Positions 43,731 through 53,752 of a DNA stretch of 64,000 nt are shown in pieces; the stretch's first letter is position 1; each line of letters opens with the position of its first letter. The DNA is from Spirochaetia bacterium. GTDB taxonomy: Bacteria > Spirochaetota > Spirochaetia > WTKD01 > G963693115. The position numbers were made by a program, and so were the translations under genes. The stretch is taken from contig CBDDCA010000005.1 of NCBI GenBank assembly GCA_965226055.1, forward strand, positions 512,001 to 576,000, in the 5' to 3' direction. The notes under the pieces are model-generated. The model did not search any database, had not been told where the DNA came from, and saw nothing but the letters and a program-made list of their open reading frames with translations.

Positions 43731-45134
43731 TTATATATGTATCGCCCATCCCTCAGCAAGTCGAGCAGATTCCATAACTCCTTCTGACATAGTAGGATGA
43801 GCATGTACTAAAGTTGCTAACTCATTAGCTGTTAGTTCACCTTCACTAGCGGTCAATACATTATGTATAATTTCCGTTGCATTTAATCCTAATACATGAG
43901 CCCCTATTATTTCACCACTTTTTTTATCACTTAATATTTTAACAAAGCCATCTGTTTTACCAACTGCCACTGCTTTTCCTATGCCAATAAACGGAAACTT
44001 TGCAGACACAAAATCTTTTCCTTGTTCTTTCGCTTGTTGTTCATTTAACCCAAAACTTGCCACTTGAGGATTACAATACACAGCAGAGGGAATTTTTAGA
44101 GATTCAAGTCCATGCACTGACATACCCGAAATATGTTCAATCGCAATTTCAGATTCTTTACTTGCAACATGAGCAAGAAGAGGCGTGCCACTGACAACAT
44201 CCCCTACCGCATAAATGCCAGGAATACTTGTTTCATAATGATCGGATACACTGATAAACCCTCGTTCAGCTTTCACTCCTAATGTTTCTAATCCTAACCC
44301 TTCACTGTTAGGGCTTCTCCCTATAGATACCAGTACCTTATCTGCACTGAGCGTATCTTTTTTTCCATCAGCACTTTCAATTTCAAGCTCTACAGAATCT
44401 TTATGCTTATGTAACGCATTTGCTTTTGTGCCAAGAAAAAACTGAATTCCTTTTTTCTTCAAAATAGTCATTAAGGTGTTTGAAATATCACTATCCTCTA
44501 AAGGCAAAATAGTAGGCAACATTTCAACAACACTTACTTCTACACCAAACGAATTAAGAATATACGCAAACTCTATACCAATAACTCCTCCACCAAGAAC
44601 AAGCATCTTTTTAGGCAGCTGAGACAGAGAAAGAATACCTGTTGAAGATAATACTAACTTTTCATCAAACTCCATACCAGAAACTTCTTTTGGGCGTGAT
44701 CCTGTTGCAATAACAATAGAATTTGCGTGTATGGTTTGTTTTGAACCATCCTTTTGTGTAACCTCTATAGATTTAGGAGTTTTAATAGATGCAGTACCTT
44801 TTACTACCTCTATTTTATTTTTTTTCAATAAGCCATTTACTCCTCTCGTAAGTTTATCTGCTGCCTCACGAGATTTTTTATATACTTGAGCATACTCAAA
44901 GTTACTAGCATCAATGCTTACTCCCATATTTTGCAATAAAGGTATTTCATTAAACACTTCCGCTTGATGAATCAATGCTTTTGATGGAATACAACCCCAA
45001 TTAAGACATACCCCTCCGACATTATCTTTTTCTATAAGAACAGTTTTGTTTCCTAATTGTGCTGCTCTAATTGCACCAACATATCCACCAGGACCTGCAC
45101 CTATTATAGCTATATCATAATTTATATCACTCAT
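43731..45134 (-). CDS. lpdA: Dihydrolipoyl dehydrogenase (E3)
   Basis: GAGPGGY; GGVCLNWGCIPSK; HAHPTMSE. Confidence 0.95.
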   Translation of the reverse strand: MSDINYDIAIIGAGPGGYVGAIRAAQLGNKTVLIEKDNVGGVCLNWGCIPSKALIHQAEVFNEIPLLQNMGVSIDASNFEYAQVYKKSREAADKLTRGVNGLLKKNKIEVVKGTASIKTPKSIEVTQKDGSKQTIHANSIVIATGSRPKEVSGMEFDEKLVLSSTGILSLSQLPKKMLVLGGGVIGIEFAYILNSFGVEVSVVEMLPTILPLEDSDISNTLMTILKKKGIQFFLGTKANALHKHKDSVELEIESADGKKDTLSADKVLVSIGRSPNSEGLGLETLGVKAERGFISVSDHYETSIPGIYAVGDVVSGTPLLAHVASKESEIAIEHISGMSVHGLESLKIPSAVYCNPQVASFGLNEQQAKEQGKDFVSAKFPFIGIGKAVAVGKTDGFVKILSDKKSGEIIGAHVLGLNATEIIHNVLTASEGELTANELATLVHAHPTMSEGVMESARLAEGWAIHI

Positions 45135-45157
45135 CTAAACTCCTATGTATACATATA

Positions 45158-46531
45158 TTAAAAATACAAAGCTAATGTAGGATTTTCAATTATTTCTCGA
45201 AGATCCTTCATAAATACTGCTGCAACTGACCCATCAATTACCCTGTGATCACTGCTTAAAGAACAGGTCATCTTAGATTGAACTTCTATTTGCCCATTAT
45301 CATTTACGACTGGTACTTTTTTACTCATTCCTACAGCAAGAATACAGGCAGCAGGAGGGTTTATAATAGCGGTAAATTCCTCTATGCCAAATGATCCTAA
45401 ATTACTTATTGTAAATGTTGCATTCGTATACTCTTCGGGCATAATTGACTGTTGTTTTACTTTTTGTATTAACTGCTGTAACTCGCTATCAATAAGCTCA
45501 ACACTCTTAGATTGACAATCACGAACAACGGGAGTAATTAACCCATTTCCTAAATCTACTGCTAAGGCTATATCAATACTACTATGATGTACAATACTTG
45601 CTCCTTGTCCTGTTTCATACCAAGAAGAGTTAATAACTGGATTTTTTCGTATTGCTGAAGCTACTAGCTTTATAATAAATGCATTAAGCGATACCTTTTC
45701 ATCTAACAAAGAGTTAATCTTTGTACGCATAGTTACTAACGCATCTGTTTGCATACTTGTTTTTACATAAAAATGAGGCGAAGTAAACTTAGATTCACTT
45801 AATTTTTTTGCAATTACCGCACGTACTCCTTCTACAGGAATATGAGTATCATATTGACTTATAGAATGTTGAACAGGCTTTTTCACTTTTTGTTTCACTT
45901 GTCCTGATTGGACACTGCCTTCTGTAGCTACAACACGACTTTGTCCTGTACTAGCAAAGTGTTCAACATCTGCTCGTTTAATTCTTCCGTTTGCCCCTGT
46001 ACCTTGAATAAGGCTAATATCAACTCCTTTTTCTTGTGCAAGACGTCTTGCTAATGGAGTGGCTTTTATCACATCATTATTCACTGGTACTGCTTTCTGT
46101 ACTGTTGCTGACTGAGAAGCATTTGTAGCAACAGGTTTTTGTGTTGCCACTGAAGGAGCTGGAGCTGCAGGCACAGTAGCAGAAGGTTTCGGCACTTGTG
46201 CTGTAGCGGTACTCTCTGAGCTTTCTGCTGCTGGTGTTGCCTCTGGTCTTGCAGAACTAGACTCAGAAGCTATAATATCACTGATATCCTCCCCTTCTTT
46301 TCCTACTATCGCTATAGTCTGTCCTACCGTTGCGGATCCTCCTTCGGGGACTATAATCTTTAATACTTTCCCTTCATTAAGCGATTCATATTCCATAGTA
46401 GACTTATCAGTCTCCACCTCACAAATCACTTGTCCTTGAGAGATATCATCTCCTTCTTTTATGCTCCATGTATGTATCTTTCCATCTTCCATTGTTGGAG
46501 ACAATGCTATCATTACTATTTTTTCTGCCAT
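45158..46531 (-). CDS. pdhC: Pyruvate dehydrogenase E2 dihydrolipoamide acetyltransferase
   Basis: Lipoyl domain VETDKST; E3-binding ATPLARRLA; SDHRVIDG. Confidence 0.93.
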   Translation of the reverse strand: MAEKIVMIALSPTMEDGKIHTWSIKEGDDISQGQVICEVETDKSTMEYESLNEGKVLKIIVPEGGSATVGQTIAIVGKEGEDISDIIASESSSARPEATPAAESSESTATAQVPKPSATVPAAPAPSVATQKPVATNASQSATVQKAVPVNNDVIKATPLARRLAQEKGVDISLIQGTGANGRIKRADVEHFASTGQSRVVATEGSVQSGQVKQKVKKPVQHSISQYDTHIPVEGVRAVIAKKLSESKFTSPHFYVKTSMQTDALVTMRTKINSLLDEKVSLNAFIIKLVASAIRKNPVINSSWYETGQGASIVHHSSIDIALAVDLGNGLITPVVRDCQSKSVELIDSELQQLIQKVKQQSIMPEEYTNATFTISNLGSFGIEEFTAIINPPAACILAVGMSKKVPVVNDNGQIEVQSKMTCSLSSDHRVIDGSVAAVFMKDLREIIENPTLALYF

Positions 46532-46543
46532 AATTATTCCCCT

Positions 46544-47521
46544 TTAGTAATCTAATACTTTTTTCACTGCTTCTACAATTTTAGCTGCAGAAGGTTGAAC
46601 TGCAAGTTCTAATGTATGATTATATGGCATGGGAACATCCAGAGAACTTACCAGCTCTACAGGTGCTTCCAGCTCATCATAAAATTCTTTAAAAATTTCA
46701 TATGCAATATGAGATCCCATACTGCACATAGGCCACGATTCATCTACTACTACTGCTCTCCTTGTGTTCATTATGGATGCATAAATTGTTGCAGTATCCA
46801 AAGGACGCAAAGAACGTAAATCTACTACTTCTGCAGATATGCCTTCTTCGGCAAGCTGCTTAGCTGCATCTAAAGCATAATATACAGGTTTTCCATGCAC
46901 AATAATACTGACATCGGAGCCTGCCACTTTTACGTCTGCACTCCCAATAGGGATAGTATACTCTTCTTCGGGCAACTCGCCTTTCCAATTATACGCTAGC
47001 TCTGATTCAAGCACTACTACTGGATTATCATCCCGTATTGCACTTTTTAGTAAACCATAGCCATCTGCAGGAGTTGAAATTGCTACAACTTTAAGCCCTG
47101 GTATATGAGCAAAAAAACTTTGTAATGCTTGAGAATGCTGTGAAGACAGATATTCTGCAGGACCATTAGGACCTCGAAATACTATAGGACAATGTAGCTG
47201 CCCTCCTGACATATGTCGCATTTTTGCTGCATTATTTATTACTTGATCTAGCGCGAGCAAAGAAAAATTAAAAGTCATCCATTCCACTACTGGACGTAAT
47301 CCAGCCAACGCAGCTCCTATACCAAGTCCAGTAAACCCTAGCTCTGCTATTGGAGTATCTATAAGTCTTTTTTTTCCATATTTATCAAGAAGTCCTTTGG
47401 TTATTTTATATGCTCCATTATACTCAGCAACCTCTTCTCCTAAAATGAAGACATTATCATCACGTGCTAACTCTTCATCTAATGCTCTATTAAGAGCTTC
47501 TCTCATTGTAACTTCTGCCAT
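46544..47521 (-). CDS. pdhB: Pyruvate dehydrogenase E1 beta
   Basis: DTPIAELGFTG; QHSQ; VVDLRSLRPLD. Confidence 0.95.
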   Translation of the reverse strand: MAEVTMREALNRALDEELARDDNVFILGEEVAEYNGAYKITKGLLDKYGKKRLIDTPIAELGFTGLGIGAALAGLRPVVEWMTFNFSLLALDQVINNAAKMRHMSGGQLHCPIVFRGPNGPAEYLSSQHSQALQSFFAHIPGLKVVAISTPADGYGLLKSAIRDDNPVVVLESELAYNWKGELPEEEYTIPIGSADVKVAGSDVSIIVHGKPVYYALDAAKQLAEEGISAEVVDLRSLRPLDTATIYASIMNTRRAVVVDESWPMCSMGSHIAYEIFKEFYDELEAPVELVSSLDVPMPYNHTLELAVQPSAAKIVEAVKKVLDY

Positions 47522-47533
47522 ACTATCTTCTCC

Positions 47534-48582
47534 CTATACCAATATATCTTCAAACATTGTTTCAAGTGGTGGTTCAGGACTATCTTCTGCAAACTGCTCT
47601 GATCTCTTCACTTCTTCTTTCACTCTCTCAATAATGCTATCAAACTCTTTTTCACTCATTAGTTTTTGTTCTAACAATTCTGCTCGCATAGTTTTAATAG
47701 GATCTTTACTTTTGAACTCTTCTACTTCTTCTTTTATTCGATACTTTGCGGGATCACTCATAGAATGCCCATAATAACGATATGTTTCAACTTCAATAAC
47801 ATAGGGGACTGTATTGTTACGACAATGTTCTACCACTTGTTTTACATCCTCATATACTGAGAAAAAATTCATTCCATCTACCTTTATACCCTCAACTCCA
47901 TAATGTTCCCCAGACTTTGAGAAATCTAAAGCGGAAGCTCGAGAAACAGCAGTTCCCATACCATAAAAATTGTTCTCAATCACATAGATACATGGCAATT
48001 TCCATAACTGAGCTAAATTGATAGATTCATGAAACGCTCCTTGATTGATAGCACCATCTCCAAAAAAACATATTACTACACCATCTATGCCTCTGTATTT
48101 ATTAGCAAACGCTAGCCCTGTACCCACAGGAATTTGCCCCCAACGATACCGTTTCCTCCAAAAAAATTATTTTTGACATCAAAGATATGCATTGATCCCC
48201 CTTTCCCTCGAGAACAGCCAGTAATTTTTCCATACATTTCTGCCATTATACTATCAGGAGACAGTCCACATGCAATTGCATGCCCATGATCTCTATACGA
48301 TGTCAATACATAATCCTTTGAAAGATCAAGTGCTTTCACAAAGCCTAAACTTACCGCTTCCTGCCCAGCACATAGATGACAAAATCCCCCTATTTTCTTT
48401 AAGCGATATGCGAATCCTGCCTTATCTTCAAAATGCCGAATAAGCTGCATTTGATACAAAATATCAAGAAGCTCATCACGAGAAAACCCTTTATACTTCT
48501 GATCTTTTCCTTCTGTACTGTTCAATGTTTTACCTTTTGCTCCAAACTTTGACGGTACCTTGCTTACGGTTTTACTTGGCAA
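47534..48582 (-). pseudogene. pdhA: Pyruvate dehydrogenase E1 alpha split by a 1-bp deletion (frameshift or sequencing error)
   Basis: The N-half (GFCHL, YRDH, GKGGSMH, GGNGIVG) and C-half (FFGDGA, TYRYYGHSMSDP) are in different frames. Adding one G to the G5 run at 48137-48141 restores GIVGGQIPVGTG. Confidence 0.85.
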
Positions 48583-48755
48583 AATTACCTCCTTATATCA
48601 ACAAATTTAGGATAAAATACTCTTGTAATGAAGTAGAATAATCCATAAAAAATGATTTTATACAGTATAACAGATATTTTATTTATATTCAAATACTTTT
48701 ATACTATTTTTTCCATGTAATCAAGATAACTATCATGTATCTAGTTAATTCATCG

Positions 48756-49985
48756 TTATGTATGAGCTAACTCATATGCTGTGTTGTATGATTGTACATA
48801 TTTTTGAGCAATTTCTCTTCCATCGAAGATATTTTTATACTTTTTGAGCCGTTCTACATATGTTTTATACAATACATCATCTTTTACTAAACGAACTAAC
48901 TCATTGGCAAGCGAAGTAGTATTATTTTGTTCAAAATAATGTGCTAAATCATTTGCTAGTTGTGTCATTGAAACATGATCTGCAAGTAAAGCAGGGGTTT
49001 GACAACAAATAGCTTCAGTAACTGTCATAGACCATGTTTCTGATAAAGATGCAGTACAAAATAAATACGCCTTTGATATAATTCCACTCTTTAGAATAAC
49101 ATCATGGGCAATAGCACCTAAAAAATGTGCCGATTCTTGTATTCCTAACGTATGGCTTAACGCTCGTAACTCATCCCATTGAGGACCATCACCTATTATT
49201 AACAGGTGTATATCCTTTAGTACTTTGTCCATTTTTGCTTTCGCAAAGCCCTGTAACAATATGTCAATAGATTTCTCAATTCCTAAACGACCAACATATA
49301 CAATATATTTTGTTGTACTAGTAACACTTTTAGGCAATATACTTTTCAATAGCTTTTTATCGGGGGTAGCTTGTAAAAGAGAGAGATCCACTCCATTATG
49401 AATATGCATTGTCACTTTTTTTGGAAATTTTTGTGCTAATTGTTTAGACAATACTATAGAAGGAGAAGTGAGTACATGCGAATCATAAAAATAATGTCCT
49501 AATGCTAGCCTCGTCCAAAACAAATATCGGACATATAAGCGTAATATACTCATAGGAATATGATAGAATGTATGAATATACTGTAAGTACTCATCTGTAT
49601 GCAAGTTTGTATGATAACTATGCACTCGTGCAATAGTATGTTTTTTTGCAACACGGAACAATGCTTTTCCAATAGTCCACGGAGCAGTAATATGTACCAT
49701 GTCAACGTTATGCTTACGCAGTATCTTCTCTACAAGAGGATGACGTACATTAATTTTTCGCAAATCAGGATAATAAGGCAAACTCTTACTAGGAATATAG
49801 TATACAGGGATACCTTGTACCATATTTTGTGTCTCTGAACGTACTTGTGGGGTAAAAATAATAGGGTTATGCCCCATATCCCTTAAATTAGTAAGCAAAT
49901 TCATTGATGTGGTAATAATTCCATTTACAGAAGGATAAAAAAATTCGGTACCATATGCAATAGTATATTTTCTTTGTTTTGTCAT
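48756..49985 (-). CDS. GT4 glycosyltransferase (diacylglycerol glucosyltransferase-like)
   Basis: FYPSVNG; SYHT; YVGRLGIEK; IIGDGP; SETWSMTVTEA (E-x7-E). Confidence 0.85.
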   Translation of the reverse strand: MTKQRKYTIAYGTEFFYPSVNGIITTSMNLLTNLRDMGHNPIIFTPQVRSETQNMVQGIPVYYIPSKSLPYYPDLRKINVRHPLVEKILRKHNVDMVHITAPWTIGKALFRVAKKHTIARVHSYHTNLHTDEYLQYIHTFYHIPMSILRLYVRYLFWTRLALGHYFYDSHVLTSPSIVLSKQLAQKFPKKVTMHIHNGVDLSLLQATPDKKLLKSILPKSVTSTTKYIVYVGRLGIEKSIDILLQGFAKAKMDKVLKDIHLLIIGDGPQWDELRALSHTLGIQESAHFLGAIAHDVILKSGIISKAYLFCTASLSETWSMTVTEAICCQTPALLADHVSMTQLANDLAHYFEQNNTTSLANELVRLVKDDVLYKTYVERLKKYKNIFDGREIAQKYVQSYNTAYELAHT

Positions 49986-50105
49986 ATTTCTCCTGACAAT
50001 AAGTAGTATATGTACTCCCTATTTTTTATTAAAAGTACATTCTATTAAAAGTATTTCCTTTAATAATTATACCAAATATAGTATTCTATATATAGGTGCT
50101 ATTAT

Positions 50106-50801
50106 ATGAAAAGCATAAGAAAACATATAGTTACTTTCATTACCCTCTCACGTATTCCTGTTGCATTTATTTTCTTTTACATTATTGAGAGCAATACATT
50201 TTCTCTCATTTCTGTTCTGTTTGCATGTTTTATATACATAGAGTTAAGTGATTTATTAGATGGTTTCTTAGCAAGAAAATTACACGCAGTAAGTGATCTA
50301 GGAAAAGTGCTTGATCCTGCAGCTGATGTAACAAGCCATTTTTTATGCATACTTGCATTTAGTAATCATAACATGATTCCTAAAATAGTATTACTTGTGT
50401 TTGTATTACGAGAATATTGGATACTCTTATTAAGAAGCCAGCTTATTCGACAAAATATTGTCCTTGCTGCAGGGATCTTAGGAAAAATAAAAACAGTTCT
50501 TTACGCTATAGCAATCATAAGTACACTCATATTTTTTCCCAGTACACCATTGGCAACATATTTACTTTTTTATAAACCCATACTCAACGCTATATGGTAT
50601 ACAGCAACAATAGTGTCTATTATATCAGCGTTACACTATGCCATTAGTGCGTATAAAAAAATGCAGAAAAAAACAAATAATAGTAAACCTTCTACCAATA
50701 TTGAACAAAGCTCCTATTCTGAACAAGCAGACAACACACATATAGCCTCTGCTGTACCAGCTTCTCATACAGAAACTAATACTGATAAAGATAAAAAATA
50801 A
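50106..50801 (+). CDS. pgsA: CDP-alcohol phosphatidyltransferase (PgsA-like)
   Basis: SDLLDGFLARK....SDLGKVLDPAAD; GKIKT. Confidence 0.8.
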   Translation: MKSIRKHIVTFITLSRIPVAFIFFYIIESNTFSLISVLFACFIYIELSDLLDGFLARKLHAVSDLGKVLDPAADVTSHFLCILAFSNHNMIPKIVLLVFVLREYWILLLRSQLIRQNIVLAAGILGKIKTVLYAIAIISTLIFFPSTPLATYLLFYKPILNAIWYTATIVSIISALHYAISAYKKMQKKTNNSKPSTNIEQSSYSEQADNTHIASAVPASHTETNTDKDKK

Positions 50802-50812
50802 CATAGTGTATT

Positions 50813-51610
50813 TTGTCTATTCCTGCTATACAACACATCATTGATATAACAATAGCACCTTCTCAGTCTATCACAAGTGATATACAACAATGTTTAGTTC
50901 GCTGTAAACAATCACAAAAAAGCTATTTATTCAACTGGAAATACAAAATATGGACAGAAGAAGATTTTAAGAAATTGACCAATACAAAAGAATGGTACAT
51001 TCCCTCTGCGAACAAATTACTTACTATGGGTGCTTGGGCAATTATCAGTGATATACTTCGTCTGTATGCTTTATACACCTACGGTGGCATATACCTTGAT
51101 TGGGATGTAGAACTCATACAAGCGATACCTACACATATGCTTACTGGCAATACAATAATTGGGTTTGAACCTTACACATATGCAGGAAGAGCTACTGTAC
51201 AAGTAGGAGCTCACATACTGCTGAGTCAAAAAATGCAAAATATTTGGAAATATTGCTACAAAAAAATACAAGACACATTATGGACAGAACAATTTAACAT
51301 ATTACCTACATTACTTACACAGAGCCTTGAACTCCATTTCAATCTGCCTTTATTTCGTAATCAACATGGATATTATTACCTACACAAATCTAAGCATACA
51401 ACATGCAAACATGTACAAAACAGTATTATGCTACAACCACAAGAGATACTATATCCAAATATCGCATCATATATTCCTTTTGCACATCCAAGAACACGCT
51501 ATACTGTTGCTATCCATTGGGAACATTCCCAAATGGTAAAAAGGCATGCAAAACAACGAAGCTGGACTTCGTATTTACATGCCTTACAATCATCTCTTAA
51601 AACAACATAG
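50813..51610 (+). CDS. GT32/DXD-motif glycosyltransferase (Gly_transf_sug)
   Basis: WKYKIWTE; SDILRLYALYTYGGIYLDWDV. Confidence 0.8.
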   Translation: MSIPAIQHIIDITIAPSQSITSDIQQCLVRCKQSQKSYLFNWKYKIWTEEDFKKLTNTKEWYIPSANKLLTMGAWAIISDILRLYALYTYGGIYLDWDVELIQAIPTHMLTGNTIIGFEPYTYAGRATVQVGAHILLSQKMQNIWKYCYKKIQDTLWTEQFNILPTLLTQSLELHFNLPLFRNQHGYYYLHKSKHTTCKHVQNSIMLQPQEILYPNIASYIPFAHPRTRYTVAIHWEHSQMVKRHAKQRSWTSYLHALQSSLKTT

Positions 51611-51627
51611 TACTTAGCATACCTATC

Positions 51628-52572
51628 TTATTTTGTTGTTGTTGTTGCCGTTCCAGTTGTTACCTCTTTTATACCTGACAAGGGAGAAACATTAGTACTG
51701 GCCAAACTACCTGCGAATACCTTAGTGACAACATAAAATTTAGTACTATCCTTAAGATGTGTACTTGTGAACATTGTTTCTTCAGCCTTAGGAAATGCCA
51801 CAGAAACTACGTTATCTATTTCCTTCGCTAAAACTTCAGCATCAGTTAAAGGGTTAGCAATAACACTGTCTACCACTGCTTGAGCATTCCCGCTGGGATC
51901 AACAGCACTCACATAGATTAGATACGAAATATCATTTAGAGTGTTTGCTTTTGACCCTGTTGTTCCTTTTTCTGTTGGAGCTGTGATAGTTACTATTATC
52001 GAATCGCCATCTGCAGTTACCGACTTAATGGTAGCTGCCCCTGGTGCCTTATCATTCCCAGAAGGAGTGGAAGAAGAAGACTTACCTGTAGTAGCTTCCT
52101 TAATACTAGTAGGATCTGATTCTAATAGCTGTACCTTACCATTTACTGCAACTACTGTTATATAATACTTAGTCTCTGCTGACAGAGACAAGATAGTACC
52201 AGTAGAAGTGCCAGTTTTTTGTCCTGCTACTATTATTTTTCCTGCTTGCTTTTTATTTTTATCAGCACTTGATTTTGCAAAGCTTATTAAATCCAACACA
52301 TTACCGTGTTTATGAGAACTGTAATATACATGATAAATAATATCCTCATTTTTTAGCTCATCTCCTGCAATAGAAGTACCTTTTATCGTAGGGGGAGTAA
52401 TTGTCACCTGAATATTAGTAACAGCTGGTTTTACCTCAAAACTTGGTGTCTCTGGTGCAATGGCAGAATTTGATCCGAATTCAAGATCACAGCCAATAAA
52501 AAACAATGTGAGTAATATTCCTACATAAAAGAATAACACTCCTTTTCTTTGAAATAATGTATTTATTTTCAT
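51628..52572 (-). CDS. Lipoprotein with two FN3-like domains, paralog A
   Basis: Lipobox FIGC; YHVYYS...LSAETKYYITVVAVN; second domain ending HLKDSTKFYVV. Confidence 0.7.
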   Translation of the reverse strand: MKINTLFQRKGVLFFYVGILLTLFFIGCDLEFGSNSAIAPETPSFEVKPAVTNIQVTITPPTIKGTSIAGDELKNEDIIYHVYYSSHKHGNVLDLISFAKSSADKNKKQAGKIIVAGQKTGTSTGTILSLSAETKYYITVVAVNGKVQLLESDPTSIKEATTGKSSSSTPSGNDKAPGAATIKSVTADGDSIIVTITAPTEKGTTGSKANTLNDISYLIYVSAVDPSGNAQAVVDSVIANPLTDAEVLAKEIDNVVSVAFPKAEETMFTSTHLKDSTKFYVVTKVFAGSLASTNVSPLSGIKEVTTGTATTTTK

Positions 52573-52649
52573 AAATAACTCCTTATATATTTTAGTTACT
52601 TACTTATCAAGGGAATAAATAAGTATTATTATTATATCACATATATATT

Positions 52650-53603
52650 TTATTGTGTTTTTGCCGTTCCAGTTGTTACTTCTTTTATATCTGATAAAGG
52701 AGAAGTAATAAACTGTTGTCTGCTATCCAATTCCAATACTAATACCTGAACGACAACATAAAATTTAGTATTATCTTTAAGGTGTATAATCCTACTAGAT
52801 TCTTCCTCAGACAAAATAGGAAAAAATCCTCCATAAATCCCCCCATCTCTTTCTTTTGCAAAAAATTCAGCATTCGTTATAGGGTTAGTTTTAGCATCGT
52901 CTACAACAGCTTGAGCATTCCCTTTAGGATCAACAGTACTCACATAGATTAGATACGAAATATCGTTCAGAGTGTTTGCTTTTGATCCCGTTGTCCCTTT
53001 TTCTGTTGGAGCAGTGATAGTTATTCTTATTGAATCGCCATCTGCAGTTAAAGACTTAATGGTAGCTACCCCTGGTGCCTTATCATTCCCAGAAGGAACA
53101 GAAGAAGTAGAAGACTTACCTGTAGTGGCTTCCTTAATACTAGTAGGATCTGATTCTAATAGCTGTATTTTACTATTTACTGCAACTACTGTTATATAAT
53201 ACTTAGTCTCTGCTGATAGAGAAGAGATAGTACCAGTAGAAGTGCCACTTTGTCCTGCTACTACTACTTTTCCTGCTTGCTTTTTATCAGTGCTTGATTT
53301 TGCAAAACGTATTAAGTCAAACACAGTACCGTGTTTACGAGCACTGTAATATACATGATAAATAATATCCTCATTTTTTAGATCAGCTCCTGTAATAGAA
53401 ACTCCCTTTATCGTGGGAGGAGTAATCATCACCCGAATATCAGTCCCTGCTGATTTTACACTAACACTTGGTGTCCCCGGTGCAATGGCAGCGTTTGACG
53501 CAAATTCAAGATCACAGCCAATAAAAAATAATGTGAGTAATATTCCTCCATAAAAGAATAACACTCCTTTTCTTTGAGATTGAAACAATGTATTTATTTT
53601 CAT
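52650..53603 (-). CDS. Lipoprotein with two FN3-like domains, paralog B
   Basis: Tandem paralog of 51628..52572 with long identical stretches. Confidence 0.7.
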   Translation of the reverse strand: MKINTLFQSQRKGVLFFYGGILLTLFFIGCDLEFASNAAIAPGTPSVSVKSAGTDIRVMITPPTIKGVSITGADLKNEDIIYHVYYSARKHGTVFDLIRFAKSSTDKKQAGKVVVAGQSGTSTGTISSLSAETKYYITVVAVNSKIQLLESDPTSIKEATTGKSSTSSVPSGNDKAPGVATIKSLTADGDSIRITITAPTEKGTTGSKANTLNDISYLIYVSTVDPKGNAQAVVDDAKTNPITNAEFFAKERDGGIYGGFFPILSEEESSRIIHLKDNTKFYVVVQVLVLELDSRQQFITSPLSDIKEVTTGTAKTQ

Positions 53604-53653
53604 AAATCACTCCTTCTAGTTATTTACTTATTCATAATAAGTATTACAAGTTA

Positions 53654-53681
53654 ATTATACCAAATAAGTATTTTTTGTCAA
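53654..53681 (-). promoter_or_regulatory. Consensus sigma70 promoter for the FN3 lipoprotein genes
   Basis: TTGACA-16-TATAAT about 50 bp upstream of ATG 53603. Confidence 0.65.
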
Positions 53682-53710
53682 TATAAATTCAATATAAATT
53701 ATAGTTTTTT

Positions 53711-53736
53711 TAAGTTTTACCATCTCGCATAATCCC
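53711..53736 (+). mobile_element. Orphan IS terminal-IR-like sequence
   Basis: agttttaccatctcgcataatccc is intermediate between the two IRs of the IS at 16409-17623. Confidence 0.45.
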
Positions 53737-53752
53737 TACTCTCGTATACATA

